A stretch of 64,000 nt of DNA from a virus. A program made the translations under genes and the position numbers. This document shows, in pieces, positions 18,783-28,484 of this stretch. Numbering within the stretch: the stretch's first letter is position 1; each line of letters begins with the position of its first letter. The notes under the pieces are model-generated. The model saw nothing but the letters and a program-made list of their open reading frames with translations. It did no database searches and was not told the DNA's origin. The DNA lies in the IMG/VR virus record IMGVR_UViG_3300045988_161245, positions 32,001-96,000 of that record. The stretch is one strand, 5' to 3'.

Positions 18783-18797
18783 CTATATCTTCTCCTT

Positions 18798-18974
18798 TCA
18801 AATAATTCCGTTCTCACGAAATTCATTTACCAATCCATATCGTTTTGCCTTTGTACTAAAAAACTCCTGCCATTGGAGTAATTCCGACCAGGAGTAATTG
18901 TTGTTTCCAAAATCCGACTGCCAATCTGCAGCCAGATCACGTATTTTATTTTTCGCTTGCTGATATTTAGTCAT
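18798..18974 (-). CDS. hypothetical protein
   Basis: Trimmed to ATG 18974, which overlaps the upstream stop in ATGA style. Confidence 0.5.
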   Translation of the reverse strand: MTKYQQAKNKIRDLAADWQSDFGNNNYSWSELLQWQEFFSTKAKRYGLVNEFRENGII

Positions 18975-19527
18975 CGCTATCACGCTCCAAGTATCTATTA
19001 ATCTTCTCATATAGCTGGTCGCAAAGAGAAAGAATTCCATAGGTTCCATTATCATCGTCATCGTCATAAACCTCATCTGAAGCCTGTGCTGCTAAATCTG
19101 CAACTCTGGATAATAAATCTTTCATTTCTTCTGTTACAAACAAATCGTCCATAGGAAATCTATATTCTTTAAAAAACTGCTCCTTATCATCGTACCCTTC
19201 CATAAAATCATTAATATCAGGAGTTTGCCAATCAACATAATTAAATAAATCTTCTGCAATATTTTCATGCCCATTGCATTCTTTTATAAAGTCGTTTGTT
19301 GTATAACACCGACCCATAACGCTATCAATTTCATAACTTTTGACAATACTCTTATTAACTGGGATATCAACTAAAGAAAGATCAGAAATATAACAAATAT
19401 CATCTCCAATAATGCCAGGAAGAAATTTTCCTTTATAGATTAGACAATCCTGTCCATCTGTAAATTCGAATATATCCTCTAATTTCACACCGGCTTTTAA
19501 TTCTTTCCGCAATTCGTCTCTCGTCAT
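18967..19527 (-). CDS. hypothetical acidic protein
   Basis: ATG 19527 follows a GGAGGT SD. Confidence 0.6.
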   Translation of the reverse strand: MTRDELRKELKAGVKLEDIFEFTDGQDCLIYKGKFLPGIIGDDICYISDLSLVDIPVNKSIVKSYEIDSVMGRCYTTNDFIKECNGHENIAEDLFNYVDWQTPDINDFMEGYDDKEQFFKEYRFPMDDLFVTEEMKDLLSRVADLAAQASDEVYDDDDDNGTYGILSLCDQLYEKINRYLERDSDD

Positions 19528-19543
19528 AATAACCTCCAAATAA

Positions 19544-19864
19544 TCACTGTGTAATATAAACAACTTTCCCAGATTTTAATTGAATAAAATTGTCATTTAC
19601 AAAAAGGTCTTCTTCTAATTTTTCAAAATTAAAATATTCTTCGTTTTCTTTACTTACAAGTCCCAATGAATATGCTGTTTCTATAGCAGCAGTACTATAA
19701 TCTTCATATACCGCATTAATACTTTGAATCTCATTTCCGTATTCATCTAATAATTCGCAACATTCTTCGTCAGACAAATCATAGTCATCCTGAATTTCTC
19801 CAATAATACTATTTTTTAATGCTGTTTTCTGATTAATATATTTTTTATATAAATCACTAAACAT
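19544..19864 (-). CDS. hypothetical protein
   Basis: ATG 19864 follows a GGAGGTAA SD. Confidence 0.6.
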   Translation of the reverse strand: MFSDLYKKYINQKTALKNSIIGEIQDDYDLSDEECCELLDEYGNEIQSINAVYEDYSTAAIETAYSLGLVSKENEEYFNFEKLEEDLFVNDNFIQLKSGKVVYITQ

Positions 19865-19897
19865 ATAATTACCTCCAATCAAATACGACTTTTATTT

Positions 19898-20326
19898 CTA
19901 CATAAACATTAGATATTCTTCATATGTAACTTCTGGGATTATATTTATTAAAAATTTTATTAACTCTTCTCCATTATATTTGGATTTTGCATAATCAATA
20001 ATATTTTCTAATACATCCCAGTTCCAATGTGTATCAATTACTCCTGGAAATTCTTCCTTTATATAATCTAGTAATCCATCTTTATCAATTGATTTATTTG
20101 TTGATTTGCTGTTTTGTGATATAACCCTAAATGCCCTTGCTTCTCCAGGATGTTCTGTTTCAAATCTACCATTTCTAAATAATCGTTGCATATGTCTATG
20201 TACGACTGATGTACTACTAAGCCCAACTCCCTTTCCGATTTCTCTTATTGTTGGAGCGTAACCATGCTCATCTATGTAAGACTTACAAAAATCATATATT
20301 TTTTCTGTTGTTTTATAATATTTCAT
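19898..20326 (-). CDS. LexA-type winged-helix DNA-binding protein (no peptidase domain)
   Basis: IYDFCKSYIDEHGYAPTIREIGKGVGLSSTSVVHRHMQRLFRNG matches the LexA N-terminal DNA-binding domain pattern. Confidence 0.65.
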   Translation of the reverse strand: MKYYKTTEKIYDFCKSYIDEHGYAPTIREIGKGVGLSSTSVVHRHMQRLFRNGRFETEHPGEARAFRVISQNSKSTNKSIDKDGLLDYIKEEFPGVIDTHWNWDVLENIIDYAKSKYNGEELIKFLINIIPEVTYEEYLMFM

Positions 20327-20440
20327 ATCTCACACCTCCAGACTATCTAATCTGCCATAATTCATAATCTTCAAGCAGCTCTTTCAAATTTGTATTCTCT
20401 GTATATTATTCTACTCCAATCATTCACTTTATATTATAAT

Positions 20441-20677
20441 TTATTTATACCAATAATCTTTATCTGTTTTAGAATCAGCACTTTCAACACAGTATTCTGT
20501 ACCATTCACAATTATATATTCTCTAATGAGGTTTTCTAACTCATCTCCATCATCGTCAACTGCATCTTCAAATTGTTCAATATTAAATACTTCTCTTGTT
20601 TCTGTGTTTACCTTACAGCTGCTAAGTAATTCGAAACCACCATCCCAAACTGAAATAAATGTTGCGTCCTTAACCAT
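20441..20677 (-). CDS. hypothetical protein
   Basis: AAAGGAGGA SD precedes the start. Confidence 0.6.
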   Translation of the reverse strand: MVKDATFISVWDGGFELLSSCKVNTETREVFNIEQFEDAVDDDGDELENLIREYIIVNGTEYCVESADSKTDKDYWYK

Positions 20678-20694
20678 ATTATCCTCCTTTCAAA

Positions 20695-20844
20695 TCATCG
20701 TTTTATCGGTTCATATTCTGTAATACTTGCCTTTATTGCTTCTTTTTCACTCATTCCATATACCTCGATTTTCCACCATTTCCAGGCGGTTCGACTATCT
20801 TCTTGATTTGTCCGTTTTAAATATTCTTCATAGCTCTCAAACAT
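20695..20844 (-). CDS. hypothetical small protein (49 aa)
   Basis: MFESYEEYLKRTNQEDSRTAWKWWKIEVYG...; AAAGGAGA SD precedes the start. Confidence 0.45.
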   Translation of the reverse strand: MFESYEEYLKRTNQEDSRTAWKWWKIEVYGMSEKEAIKASITEYEPIKR

Positions 20845-20855
20845 AACAATCTCCT

Positions 20856-21188
20856 TTATTCGTGAAATTCTTTATAATCATCACATAGGTCCACAATTGT
20901 TTCTGACAGAGAAGCCGCTGAATTAATTCCTTTTCCAAAATAACCATCAATTAATTCATCATTGCATCCATCTTTATTACTGTATAATTTTATAATATGT
21001 GCCCAACATCCGCCCTCGTCTGCATCAATTTCAAACTGAATTGTCATATATACTTCTTTATTAAATATATTATATACCTCTATTTCGCTTGAAAAACTTG
21101 AAGGCATATTGCCTGATCCGTCCCACAAATCCGGATTATGCTCCTTTATAAATTTATCTGCTATTTCTCTTGCAACTTCTTTTGTCAC
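20856..21188 (-). CDS. hypothetical protein
   Basis: GTG start follows GAGGTGAG. Confidence 0.55.
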   Translation of the reverse strand: MTKEVAREIADKFIKEHNPDLWDGSGNMPSSFSSEIEVYNIFNKEVYMTIQFEIDADEGGCWAHIIKLYSNKDGCNDELIDGYFGKGINSAASLSETIVDLCDDYKEFHE

Positions 21189-21213
21189 AATCTCACCTCA
21201 ATTATTTTAAAAT

Positions 21214-21600
21214 TTAATTTGGTAATGAAATAATTTCAGGTGTAATAACTAATGCTTGTCTACCATCAACCATTTCAATATGCATTTCTGAAACGTTAGA
21301 AGGAGTAACAGAATCATTTTCCAAAATGCTATTTATCATAATAGGCAAATTAATTCCTTGTAAGTATTTTGTATGTCCGCCTACATCATCTAGCATTATT
21401 GAAAAAGATTTTGAACCTGTGCATTTTTGTCTATTTCTCATAGATTCTATATCATTGTAAAATCTATCTATTTTATTCCAAGCTTCCGTCATACTTTTTG
21501 AATCAGATATATCTTCTGTAACAGAAGAAGCTAACATTTTAATTTCTTTCATAAACTCTACTGCCAATCCAACGTTCATTTCTCTTTGTTTTTTAGTCAT
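21214..21600 (-). CDS. hypothetical protein
   Basis: GTGAGGAAA SD precedes the start. Confidence 0.6.
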   Translation of the reverse strand: MTKKQREMNVGLAVEFMKEIKMLASSVTEDISDSKSMTEAWNKIDRFYNDIESMRNRQKCTGSKSFSIMLDDVGGHTKYLQGINLPIMINSILENDSVTPSNVSEMHIEMVDGRQALVITPEIISLPN

Positions 21601-21636
21601 AACATTTTCCTCACTTTCTCTTATAAAATTCTTGTT

Positions 21637-21888
21637 TTATTTATCTTTATATTTCAGTGGGTATTTTTCAAAATCTAAATATTTCTGATTGTAAACGCAT
21701 GGTATGTATTCTCTAAAATCATCGTAGTACCACGCTTTCCATAATTTAGTTCCTGGCTTTGAAAGTTCTCTTACTGCCTCTTTAAATGAGTCGTATAAAC
21801 CCATGCTATATACTTCCATATTTTCTTTTGTGCGGTCTAATATTTTCTTTGAGACACGTTTTGCAAAATCAGTTTCATCAAAAGTCAT
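21637..21888 (-). CDS. hypothetical protein
   Basis: ATG 21888 follows a GCGAGGTGA SD. Confidence 0.55.
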   Translation of the reverse strand: MTFDETDFAKRVSKKILDRTKENMEVYSMGLYDSFKEAVRELSKPGTKLWKAWYYDDFREYIPCVYNQKYLDFEKYPLKYKDK

Positions 21889-21901
21889 ATTTTCACCTCG
21901 C

Positions 21902-22276
21902 TTAACACATAAAATCCATCTTCTCGGCAAAATTCCTCAATGCTTTTTCTTTGTATTCTTCATTATGTACAAGATCAATCACTCCTGGAATACCAGATGT
22001 TCCATTTCTTTTCGCTTCTAGCCACATGTAAACATTTTCCTCAACATCACAATCATTGTATAAATTCCAAAATTCTTTACTAAGACTTTTAGCTAAATCT
22101 TCCTCTGTCTCAGGAGTTTCAACTGTAATATAAAAACACCAGTCTTCACATTCAGGGTTATCTCCGTCCACAAGCAATTCTATTTCTTCATTTTTATCCT
22201 CACTAATCTCAAATGAAAAATCAGTTCCTTTAGATAATTTTTCTAAACTATTAACTATCTGATCAATCGTCATCAT
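21902..22276 (-). CDS. hypothetical acidic protein
   Basis: ATG 22276 follows an AAGGGAGA SD. Confidence 0.6.
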   Translation of the reverse strand: MMTIDQIVNSLEKLSKGTDFSFEISEDKNEEIELLVDGDNPECEDWCFYITVETPETEEDLAKSLSKEFWNLYNDCDVEENVYMWLEAKRNGTSGIPGVIDLVHNEEYKEKALRNFAEKMDFMC

Positions 22277-22305
22277 AACTTTAGTCTCCCTTCTAAACAA
22301 AATTG

Positions 22306-22530
22306 CTATTTTATTTCCATAAGCAGCTTTCCAATTTCCTTTGCTTCACCAATAGTACAAATTGCAGTTGCCTTACTATCTTTGCTTCCATTCTTTCTTG
22401 TAAAGTGATTTACCATATAAACTTTATCCGGCATTACTTTACCATCTACTATGTAGTGACCAATCTCAACAATTTTGTCTCCGATTTTTCCAAGATCCTG
22501 TACTTTTGTGTAAACGAATTCCTTTGCCAT
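22306..22530 (-). CDS. hypothetical protein
   Basis: 74-aa ORF with a GGGGG-type SD. Confidence 0.55.
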   Translation of the reverse strand: MAKEFVYTKVQDLGKIGDKIVEIGHYIVDGKVMPDKVYMVNHFTRKNGSKDSKATAICTIGEAKEIGKLLMEIK

Positions 22531-22541
22531 AGTTCTGCCCC

Positions 22542-22760
22542 CTATCTAATCACTATTTTGAATCCATATTTTTCAGCAAGTTCTTTATTAATAACGATTC
22601 CTTTATCGAAAGTTTTTCCTGCATCAAAATTTTCAACATTTACCAATGCTTTTGTTTTACCACACATATCATCAAAAATTCCAACTGCAATTCCATTATT
22701 GAGTGAGGTTTTATAACTCCATGGCTCAAGCTCTTCACCGGTCCATAAACACTGCTTCAT
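22542..22760 (-). CDS. hypothetical protein
   Basis: CGGAGGTA SD precedes the start. Confidence 0.55.
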   Translation of the reverse strand: MKQCLWTGEELEPWSYKTSLNNGIAVGIFDDMCGKTKALVNVENFDAGKTFDKGIVINKELAEKYGFKIVIR

Positions 22761-22786
22761 AAAATACCTCCGACCAAATATCTCTT

Positions 22787-22956
22787 TTATTTGTCTATAC
22801 TGTTTTTCTTTCCATTGCTAGAAATATGAGTATTAACTTCAATAGTGGCAACCTCTCCATCTTTAAGATTTGAAAACATAGTTATTTCTTCTTTTTTAGG
22901 ACCTAATATTTTTGTAATTTTTACAACTACGTTTTCATTATATATTTTAAAATTCA
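22787..22956 (-). pseudogene. small ORF split by a frameshift in an A/T homopolymer
   Basis: ATG 22956 (GAGGTAA SD) reads MNFKIYNENVVVK and then stops. The continuation ITKILGPKKEEITMFSNLKDGEVATIEVNTH... is in the adjacent frame, with the junction at the T4 run near 22918-22921. Confidence 0.4.
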
Positions 22957-23051
22957 TACTTTATTTACCTCAAAATTTTAAGTCAAATTAATTTTCACCC
23001 ATCTCCATTCTTCTGTCTGTTTGACTATCATTCGTTGTGGTTTTTCTCATT

Positions 23052-23315
23052 TTAATTACCTCTCGTGATTTCTTTCATACATTTATCCAAGTAATCATCA
23101 AATTCTGTATCTGTAAATTCAAAGAACATTTGTTTTACAGCATCTTTATCCTTACTTCTCTTATAAATATTAAAAATATCTTGTGAGAAACCTGAGATTT
23201 CATTATCTACATTTGATAACAAATCAGCCAAAATTGTGTCTGAATCAATAATTATACCTTCAGGAGTACTGGTATTTAACAGCTCTACTTGCCTAATCTT
23301 TTCTCTTGTCGTCAT
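23052..23315 (-). CDS. hypothetical protein
   Basis: ATG 23315 follows a GAGGAGGTG SD. Confidence 0.6.
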   Translation of the reverse strand: MTTREKIRQVELLNTSTPEGIIIDSDTILADLLSNVDNEISGFSQDIFNIYKRSKDKDAVKQMFFEFTDTEFDDYLDKCMKEITRGN

Positions 23316-23317
23316 AA

Positions 23318-23707
23318 TCAGCACACCTCCTCGTATTTTGTACAAACCGTGTACACTGTTCTCTTCAAGATTTTATATCGAGTTACATCGTATTTCTCTT
23401 CTGACAGCTCATGCAAACGTTTCATCAATCTCTCTTCACATAACATTTTGTTAAGTGTAGCTTTTCCGCTTGGCACATATCCAGATCCATATCTAAATAT
23501 GTATGCCTGATATTCTTCGTCTTCTTCGTAAGAATCAAATTCTGTAAATCCATCAAGATTTACACCGGACTGATTGAGCCAGTTAAATTCATTATCAAAA
23601 TCTTCAAGAATATCATCTACACTATAATCGTCATCGTCTATGTAAGTGTGACCTGCTGCATCTTTTAAAATTCCCTTGTCAACATCGCAAAATGCTAATA
23701 TCTTCAT
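23318..23707 (-). CDS. hypothetical acidic protein
   Basis: ATG 23707 follows a TGGAGGTA SD. Confidence 0.6.
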   Translation of the reverse strand: MKILAFCDVDKGILKDAAGHTYIDDDDYSVDDILEDFDNEFNWLNQSGVNLDGFTEFDSYEEDEEYQAYIFRYGSGYVPSGKATLNKMLCEERLMKRLHELSEEKYDVTRYKILKRTVYTVCTKYEEVC

Positions 23708-23721
23708 TTTCTGTACCTCCA

Positions 23722-23901
23722 TTATTCTGCACTTGCAATTACTGTATTGTGAATAAAATCGTCACTAACATAGTTTGATAATTCTTCATACGCAAGGCAT
23801 CTTTGATCAATATTTAAACTATCAGTGTCTATATCAAAATTCATTGGAATAATAATTCTTATTCCATTCTTATTGTTGTAAAATTCAACTTTAGTAATCA
23901 T
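23722..23901 (-). CDS. hypothetical small protein (59 aa)
   Basis: MITKVEFYNNKNGIRIIIPMNFDIDTD...; GGTGGTGAAAG SD precedes the start. Confidence 0.5.
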   Translation of the reverse strand: MITKVEFYNNKNGIRIIIPMNFDIDTDSLNIDQRCLAYEELSNYVSDDFIHNTVIASAE

Positions 23902-23915
23902 TTCTCTTTCACCAC

Positions 23916-24245
23916 CTACCGTAATTCAAGTCCCATACTATAAACCATTTCTTTTGCTATTTCCTTTGTTACGTCTCTATGAGCTAGTTTTTTGTCATCT
24001 TCGTCTAAATATGCTGTCGTCACATTGAAATCTAAATCAGATTCTAATAGATATTCAATAAACTCTTTATTTTGTGTTGTGACCACAGGTGGGTTGTCAG
24101 ATTTAAGATCTTCTATAAGGATTTTAAATTCTGTATAGTGCTCTTTGCCTGGATAGTAAACAACATCTGAATACTCATCAATGTCTGGCAACATTTCTTT
24201 AATATACTTTCTAATTGCTTCTGGCTTTCCTAAGAGTAAAAGCAT
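23916..24245 (-). CDS. hypothetical protein
   Basis: TGGAGGTAA SD precedes the start. Confidence 0.6.
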   Translation of the reverse strand: MLLLLGKPEAIRKYIKEMLPDIDEYSDVVYYPGKEHYTEFKILIEDLKSDNPPVVTTQNKEFIEYLLESDLDFNVTTAYLDEDDKKLAHRDVTKEIAKEMVYSMGLELR

Positions 24246-24271
24246 ATTTTTACCTCCATCAAATCTACATT

Positions 24272-24571
24272 TTATTTTGAAGTTACTGCCACAATCACTA
24301 CCTCACAATAAGATTTAATTTCTCCTAACATTTTCGTTGCACTCGAATAATCAGTAAAGCTGATTGTTTTCTTTCTAATATCATTCATCCACCGAACTAC
24401 AATGTTTTCTGCACTATCCTTTTCCTCTTTTTCTTGCTTTAAATCAACTTTTAATGTTGTATCTGATAGATTTGTTGAGAACAATAAAAACTCAGGATTC
24501 CCACTCAAACAATTTTTTAAATCATTAAACTGTTTATCAGTTACGTTAATCATATGAGTAATTTCTGCCAT
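24272..24571 (-). CDS. hypothetical protein
   Basis: 99-aa ORF with an AAAGGAAA SD. Confidence 0.55.
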   Translation of the reverse strand: MAEITHMINVTDKQFNDLKNCLSGNPEFLLFSTNLSDTTLKVDLKQEKEEKDSAENIVVRWMNDIRKKTISFTDYSSATKMLGEIKSYCEVVIVAVTSK

Positions 24572-24574
24572 TTT

Positions 24575-24931
24575 TCAGTTTCCTTTCTGTATAACAGTTT
24601 TGATACAGTTCTCAATCTGGTCATTCTCACTTAAGTTACAGTCATAAATTCTTTGAAACAATATAACAACTTCTTCAGCTTCTTCCCAACTGATGTCATA
24701 ACCCCAATCATCTGCACGATTCAATACATCATCAACTTTACCTTCGAAAACTTTTTTCTTATAAAACATATAACCTAATGAAACGAACCCTTCCATTCCG
24801 GTAAAACCATGTCTATAGTTAGTTGTTTCCATCCACTTATTAAGTTCATCCAACTCCATTACTAAATCTTCTTTTGTCTTACCAAGCTTGTTTAATAACT
24901 CATCAAGAGTACTATCTAATGTTTTGTTCAT
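24575..24931 (-). CDS. hypothetical protein
   Basis: 118-aa ORF whose start overlaps the upstream stop. Confidence 0.55.
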   Translation of the reverse strand: MNKTLDSTLDELLNKLGKTKEDLVMELDELNKWMETTNYRHGFTGMEGFVSLGYMFYKKKVFEGKVDDVLNRADDWGYDISWEEAEEVVILFQRIYDCNLSENDQIENCIKTVIQKGN

Positions 24932-25311
24932 TACGGTTCCTCCACAATAAATTTTAATTTCATATAATCTGTTTCTTCTGGATCAACATCCATCTCATTA
25001 CATAAATATTCCCAACTGTAATCTGACATTGCTGCCTTACCTATTTCGATTTCTTTTACTGCAGGAGTAAACCATGCTTCACATCTGATGTATTGTAAAA
25101 TTTCATGAGTATCACACTCATTTGCAATCCGAACCGCAGTTCTAACAATTGACTGGCAAAACTCTTCTGTCATCAACCCATTTCTTCTTACAGTTTTTAT
25201 ATCATCTTCTGTAATGGATTTTAAATTTTCAATTCCCTTGTCAAGCATATAATAAATAATCATCATCTCTGCGCTTCCACTGCGACTTAAAATTTCTTTC
25301 ATTTTGTTCAT
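24931..25311 (-). CDS. hypothetical protein
   Basis: TGGAGGTAAG SD precedes the start. Confidence 0.6.
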   Translation of the reverse strand: MNKMKEILSRSGSAEMMIIYYMLDKGIENLKSITEDDIKTVRRNGLMTEEFCQSIVRTAVRIANECDTHEILQYIRCEAWFTPAVKEIEIGKAAMSDYSWEYLCNEMDVDPEETDYMKLKFIVEEP

Positions 25312-25374
25312 TCTCTCTTACCTCCATTTTTTGTACTAAAAAAGACAATTGGTAATATTTACTTCCCAGTTGCC

Positions 25375-26238
25375 TTATGCTACATTCTCAAATTTTTCAA
25401 ACAGTTGTTCTGATATTCCATACTCTTTGACGATTTCTTCAATCAAATCATCGCCCCATTTGTCACTATAAAATCCCCAGCAAGATTCTTTATCGGTCCA
25501 ACTATCATCATCCTCTGGATTTCCCTCTCCATCATATTCTTCAGTAATAATTCCGTATACTTCATTCTGAAGATACATATCATACTCTTTTACTTCGCCT
25601 TCCATCCATTTGTAAGCAGTTTCTTTCCAATTTCTCTTAATATCTGCACCAGTTCCTAATACAGTATTTTTATCAGTATAAATCCAACCAACTTGACCAG
25701 AATCCCACCGATCAGAAAATCCACAACAATTCATTGTAATTCCACTATGATCGTATAAATATAATGGAAGTGCAATAATATTTGCATGTTTCTCTAATAG
25801 ATACCATTTATCTTTGCGTGATAGACAATCAATAATATCGTCCACCAACCAGGTAATATCTTCATTTTCTTCATAAACCTGATATTTTGCATTTTTAATC
25901 GACTGAATTGTTAAATAATACGAGACCCATAACTCCCACATTTTGCTTCTTCTATTATAAGTTAATTTTACATCATTTGAAGCTTTACCATTCTTAACGA
26001 AATTAATTATTGATTTTTCGCTTACATTTTCACGTAATAAATCTGACAAGAATTGATCTGAATCACTATAATTATTTTCTTCATAATCACCCAAATTGTA
26101 ATATCTATGCCAACACATCATTTTACCTACATGTCCATCGAAATCTGTTCTCGGATTAAGAGGACTGCTATCATCCTCTATATGTAACCGAATAATTTTC
26201 CCTTCGGATTTTTTGTAATATCTATACTCTTTTTCCAT
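25375..26238 (-). CDS. hypothetical protein
   Basis: 287 aa with a GGGAGGT SD. Motifs NPRTDFDGHVGKMMCWHRYYNLGD and LPLYLYDHSG look conserved, but I cannot name the family. Confidence 0.65.
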   Translation of the reverse strand: MEKEYRYYKKSEGKIIRLHIEDDSSPLNPRTDFDGHVGKMMCWHRYYNLGDYEENNYSDSDQFLSDLLRENVSEKSIINFVKNGKASNDVKLTYNRRSKMWELWVSYYLTIQSIKNAKYQVYEENEDITWLVDDIIDCLSRKDKWYLLEKHANIIALPLYLYDHSGITMNCCGFSDRWDSGQVGWIYTDKNTVLGTGADIKRNWKETAYKWMEGEVKEYDMYLQNEVYGIITEEYDGEGNPEDDDSWTDKESCWGFYSDKWGDDLIEEIVKEYGISEQLFEKFENVA

Positions 26239-26253
26239 TGTAAAACCTCCCTT

Positions 26254-26451
26254 TTACCGGCTCCATTCTCCAACTTTATTTCCATTGATGTCTATTAAAA
26301 CTCCTGATTCACAGCCATACTCAAGCTTATCAATAACTTCTCTTAAGATTCTGGAAATTTCTTCTGCCTCACAGTATTTGTCATAAGCTTTATCATCATT
26401 ATATTCATCGTGAAAAGCTGCATTACCTGTATTAATTGTAAGTTTAAACAT
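26254..26451 (-). CDS. hypothetical protein
   Basis: CGGAGGATA SD precedes the start. Confidence 0.55.
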   Translation of the reverse strand: MFKLTINTGNAAFHDEYNDDKAYDKYCEAEEISRILREVIDKLEYGCESGVLIDINGNKVGEWSR

Positions 26452-26468
26452 ATTTTTATCCTCCGTTC

Positions 26469-27194
26469 TTATAAATAATAACTATCAACTTGCTTCTGAA
26501 GCTCTTCCTTAACAATTTCTACCTGTTTATTTGTTAAATCACTCCATCTATAACCAAGTGCATCCAGTGTGTCGTCTGCTTCACCTGTAATACAGGCTTC
26601 ATGATTTGCCAATTCGTAGGAAATCATTTCTCTAAACTTATCCAGATCTTCCCTGAGTTTTCTATACTCATTTTCAATATTACTCATATATTTCGCTTGC
26701 TCATTTATAATTTCTTCACTTTTTACATAGCAGAATGAAAACTGATCATAAAATGGATAAAATTTCTTTTGTCTGTCAAATTCTCTCTGTGCTTCATCAC
26801 CTATACCGAAGATTGATAAATAATCATATCTCATTATCCAGTAGTCTCTGATGAAATGATCTTTCCGCGTGTATTCATCATAGTCTTTTATATGCTCTAA
26901 TAATTCATCTTCTGTGAACAGTATCTCATTTAACTTTTTAATATAATATTCTTTTAATGCTTCATTACCTTTTTCTTTTACTAACCATTCATTGTGCAAC
27001 TCATAGTCATTAGCATAATGAATATGTCTTTTATTTTTGAATACAAGAATTGATTTTCCAAAATATCCACCAAAATCAACTAAAAAACAATCATGACCTT
27101 TAATATTTAAAGTTTCGATTGCCATTTCCTTTGCCTGGTCATATGTCAAATTTTCAATATCATAAATTGTGTAATCTTTATTTGCGCTTATCAT
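26469..27194 (-). CDS. hypothetical protein
   Basis: ATG 27194 follows an AAGGATGGTGA SD. Confidence 0.6.
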   Translation of the reverse strand: MISANKDYTIYDIENLTYDQAKEMAIETLNIKGHDCFLVDFGGYFGKSILVFKNKRHIHYANDYELHNEWLVKEKGNEALKEYYIKKLNEILFTEDELLEHIKDYDEYTRKDHFIRDYWIMRYDYLSIFGIGDEAQREFDRQKKFYPFYDQFSFCYVKSEEIINEQAKYMSNIENEYRKLREDLDKFREMISYELANHEACITGEADDTLDALGYRWSDLTNKQVEIVKEELQKQVDSYYL

Positions 27195-27212
27195 ATTAAC
27201 CATTCACCATCC

Positions 27213-27467
27213 TTATCTTATATAATAAATGCACACTAAAATTCCCCTAAGAGCATACTTACACTGTTCTGCAGTCATGTATCCAATAAGACTTTCTTCG
27301 TTATTTTTTATGTGAAACTGATTTCCGCCATCTATAGAAATGACAACTGAAATATTTTTATTTCGACTATGTAGGATTTCAAGATATTTATCTATTGCTT
27401 CACAATTTCTTTTTTCTTCTTTACTTAGATATCCTAAAATATCATAGTCCCATTTGATGTACTTCAT
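27213..27467 (-). CDS. hypothetical protein
   Basis: 84-aa ORF in the packed block. Confidence 0.55.
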   Translation of the reverse strand: MKYIKWDYDILGYLSKEEKRNCEAIDKYLEILHSRNKNISVVISIDGGNQFHIKNNEESLIGYMTAEQCKYALRGILVCIYYIR

Positions 27468-27805
27468 TACTCATCAACCTTCCCAATAATTATGTACATT
27501 CGATCCAACTTGTCTGCGGTTCCATCCTCATGCTCAAAAATGGCAATCGCATCATTTGTTTCGCTTACTGCAAGACCTTCAAATCTCCATTCTTCAGACC
27601 ATTTATAAACAGCTTCTGCCTGACAATTCCAAATAGCAGCAAAGCAACTTGATGATGTATATGGAAATCCAAATATATCCTCAACGGTTCTTCCGTTGCC
27701 ATGAGTGATTTTAAGGTTTGACAACCTCCATATATTAAATTGTCTGCATAACTCTCTCGATGTTCTTTCAACATCATTCCATTCTTTCTTTAATTTTATC
27801 ATCAT
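27467..27805 (-). CDS. hypothetical protein
   Basis: GGAGGT SD precedes the start. The overlapping track ORF 27565-27777 is in another frame and was discarded. Confidence 0.55.
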   Translation of the reverse strand: MMIKLKKEWNDVERTSRELCRQFNIWRLSNLKITHGNGRTVEDIFGFPYTSSSCFAAIWNCQAEAVYKWSEEWRFEGLAVSETNDAIAIFEHEDGTADKLDRMYIIIGKVDE

Positions 27806-27817
27806 GTCGTACCTCCA

Positions 27818-27976
27818 TCACTCATCTACATTCCAGCGTTTACACCGAACATTACTTTTATTAAACTCATGTCCAGGTTTTGCTACCGGAATGCGTTTTA
27901 CATTATTGATTTCCTTCTGCTTCTTTTTAGGTAACTTTTTAAATTCCTCAGTTGCCATATTTTCTAATTTAGTCAT
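27818..27976 (-). CDS. hypothetical small basic protein (52 aa)
   Basis: MTKLENMATEEFKKLPKKKQKEINNVKR...; AAAGGAGAG SD precedes the start. Confidence 0.45.
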   Translation of the reverse strand: MTKLENMATEEFKKLPKKKQKEINNVKRIPVAKPGHEFNKSNVRCKRWNVDE

Positions 27977-27988
27977 TTATTCTCTCCT

Positions 27989-28240
27989 TTACGCAATTGG
28001 ATATAATCTACTCAATATTTTGTAAATTACTGCATCCTGGTCCATGTACTCAAATCTATATCCGTAATCATTATTATACTTTTGCACTGACTGACCAACG
28101 ACACTGGCAAGTTTAAATTTAATAAAGTGATATTGTGAACCAGTTTTTGCTTTTCCAACTATCTCATCCACTTGATCGCAAAATGGTTTTATGCTTGTTA
28201 CATAACAGTATAGTTCTTTCGCTTCTACTGTCATTTCCAT
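27989..28240 (-). CDS. hypothetical protein
   Basis: AAAGGAG SD precedes the start. Confidence 0.55.
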   Translation of the reverse strand: MEMTVEAKELYCYVTSIKPFCDQVDEIVGKAKTGSQYHFIKFKLASVVGQSVQKYNNDYGYRFEYMDQDAVIYKILSRLYPIA

Positions 28241-28248
28241 TACTCCTT

Positions 28249-28467
28249 TCAGTCAAAAATATGTTCTGATAAAATTTCTTCCGTACCCATTTCATCAATC
28301 TCATTTCCTAATGCTTCTGTAAAACATGCAGCATCTTTATATCCTGCCTCTTTTAATAAATCAGCAACAAAGAACACTGTACGTTCAACTTCCATTCTAG
28401 TTTCAAGTTTTAAAAAATTTTTTCTTCTATGTTTTTCTATAACTTTTTTTAACTGTTTCGCTACCAT
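28249..28467 (-). CDS. hypothetical protein
   Basis: ATG 28467 follows an AAAGGAG SD. Confidence 0.55.
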   Translation of the reverse strand: MVAKQLKKVIEKHRRKNFLKLETRMEVERTVFFVADLLKEAGYKDAACFTEALGNEIDEMGTEEILSEHIFD

Positions 28468-28484
28468 TTTCTTACTCCTTTTAT

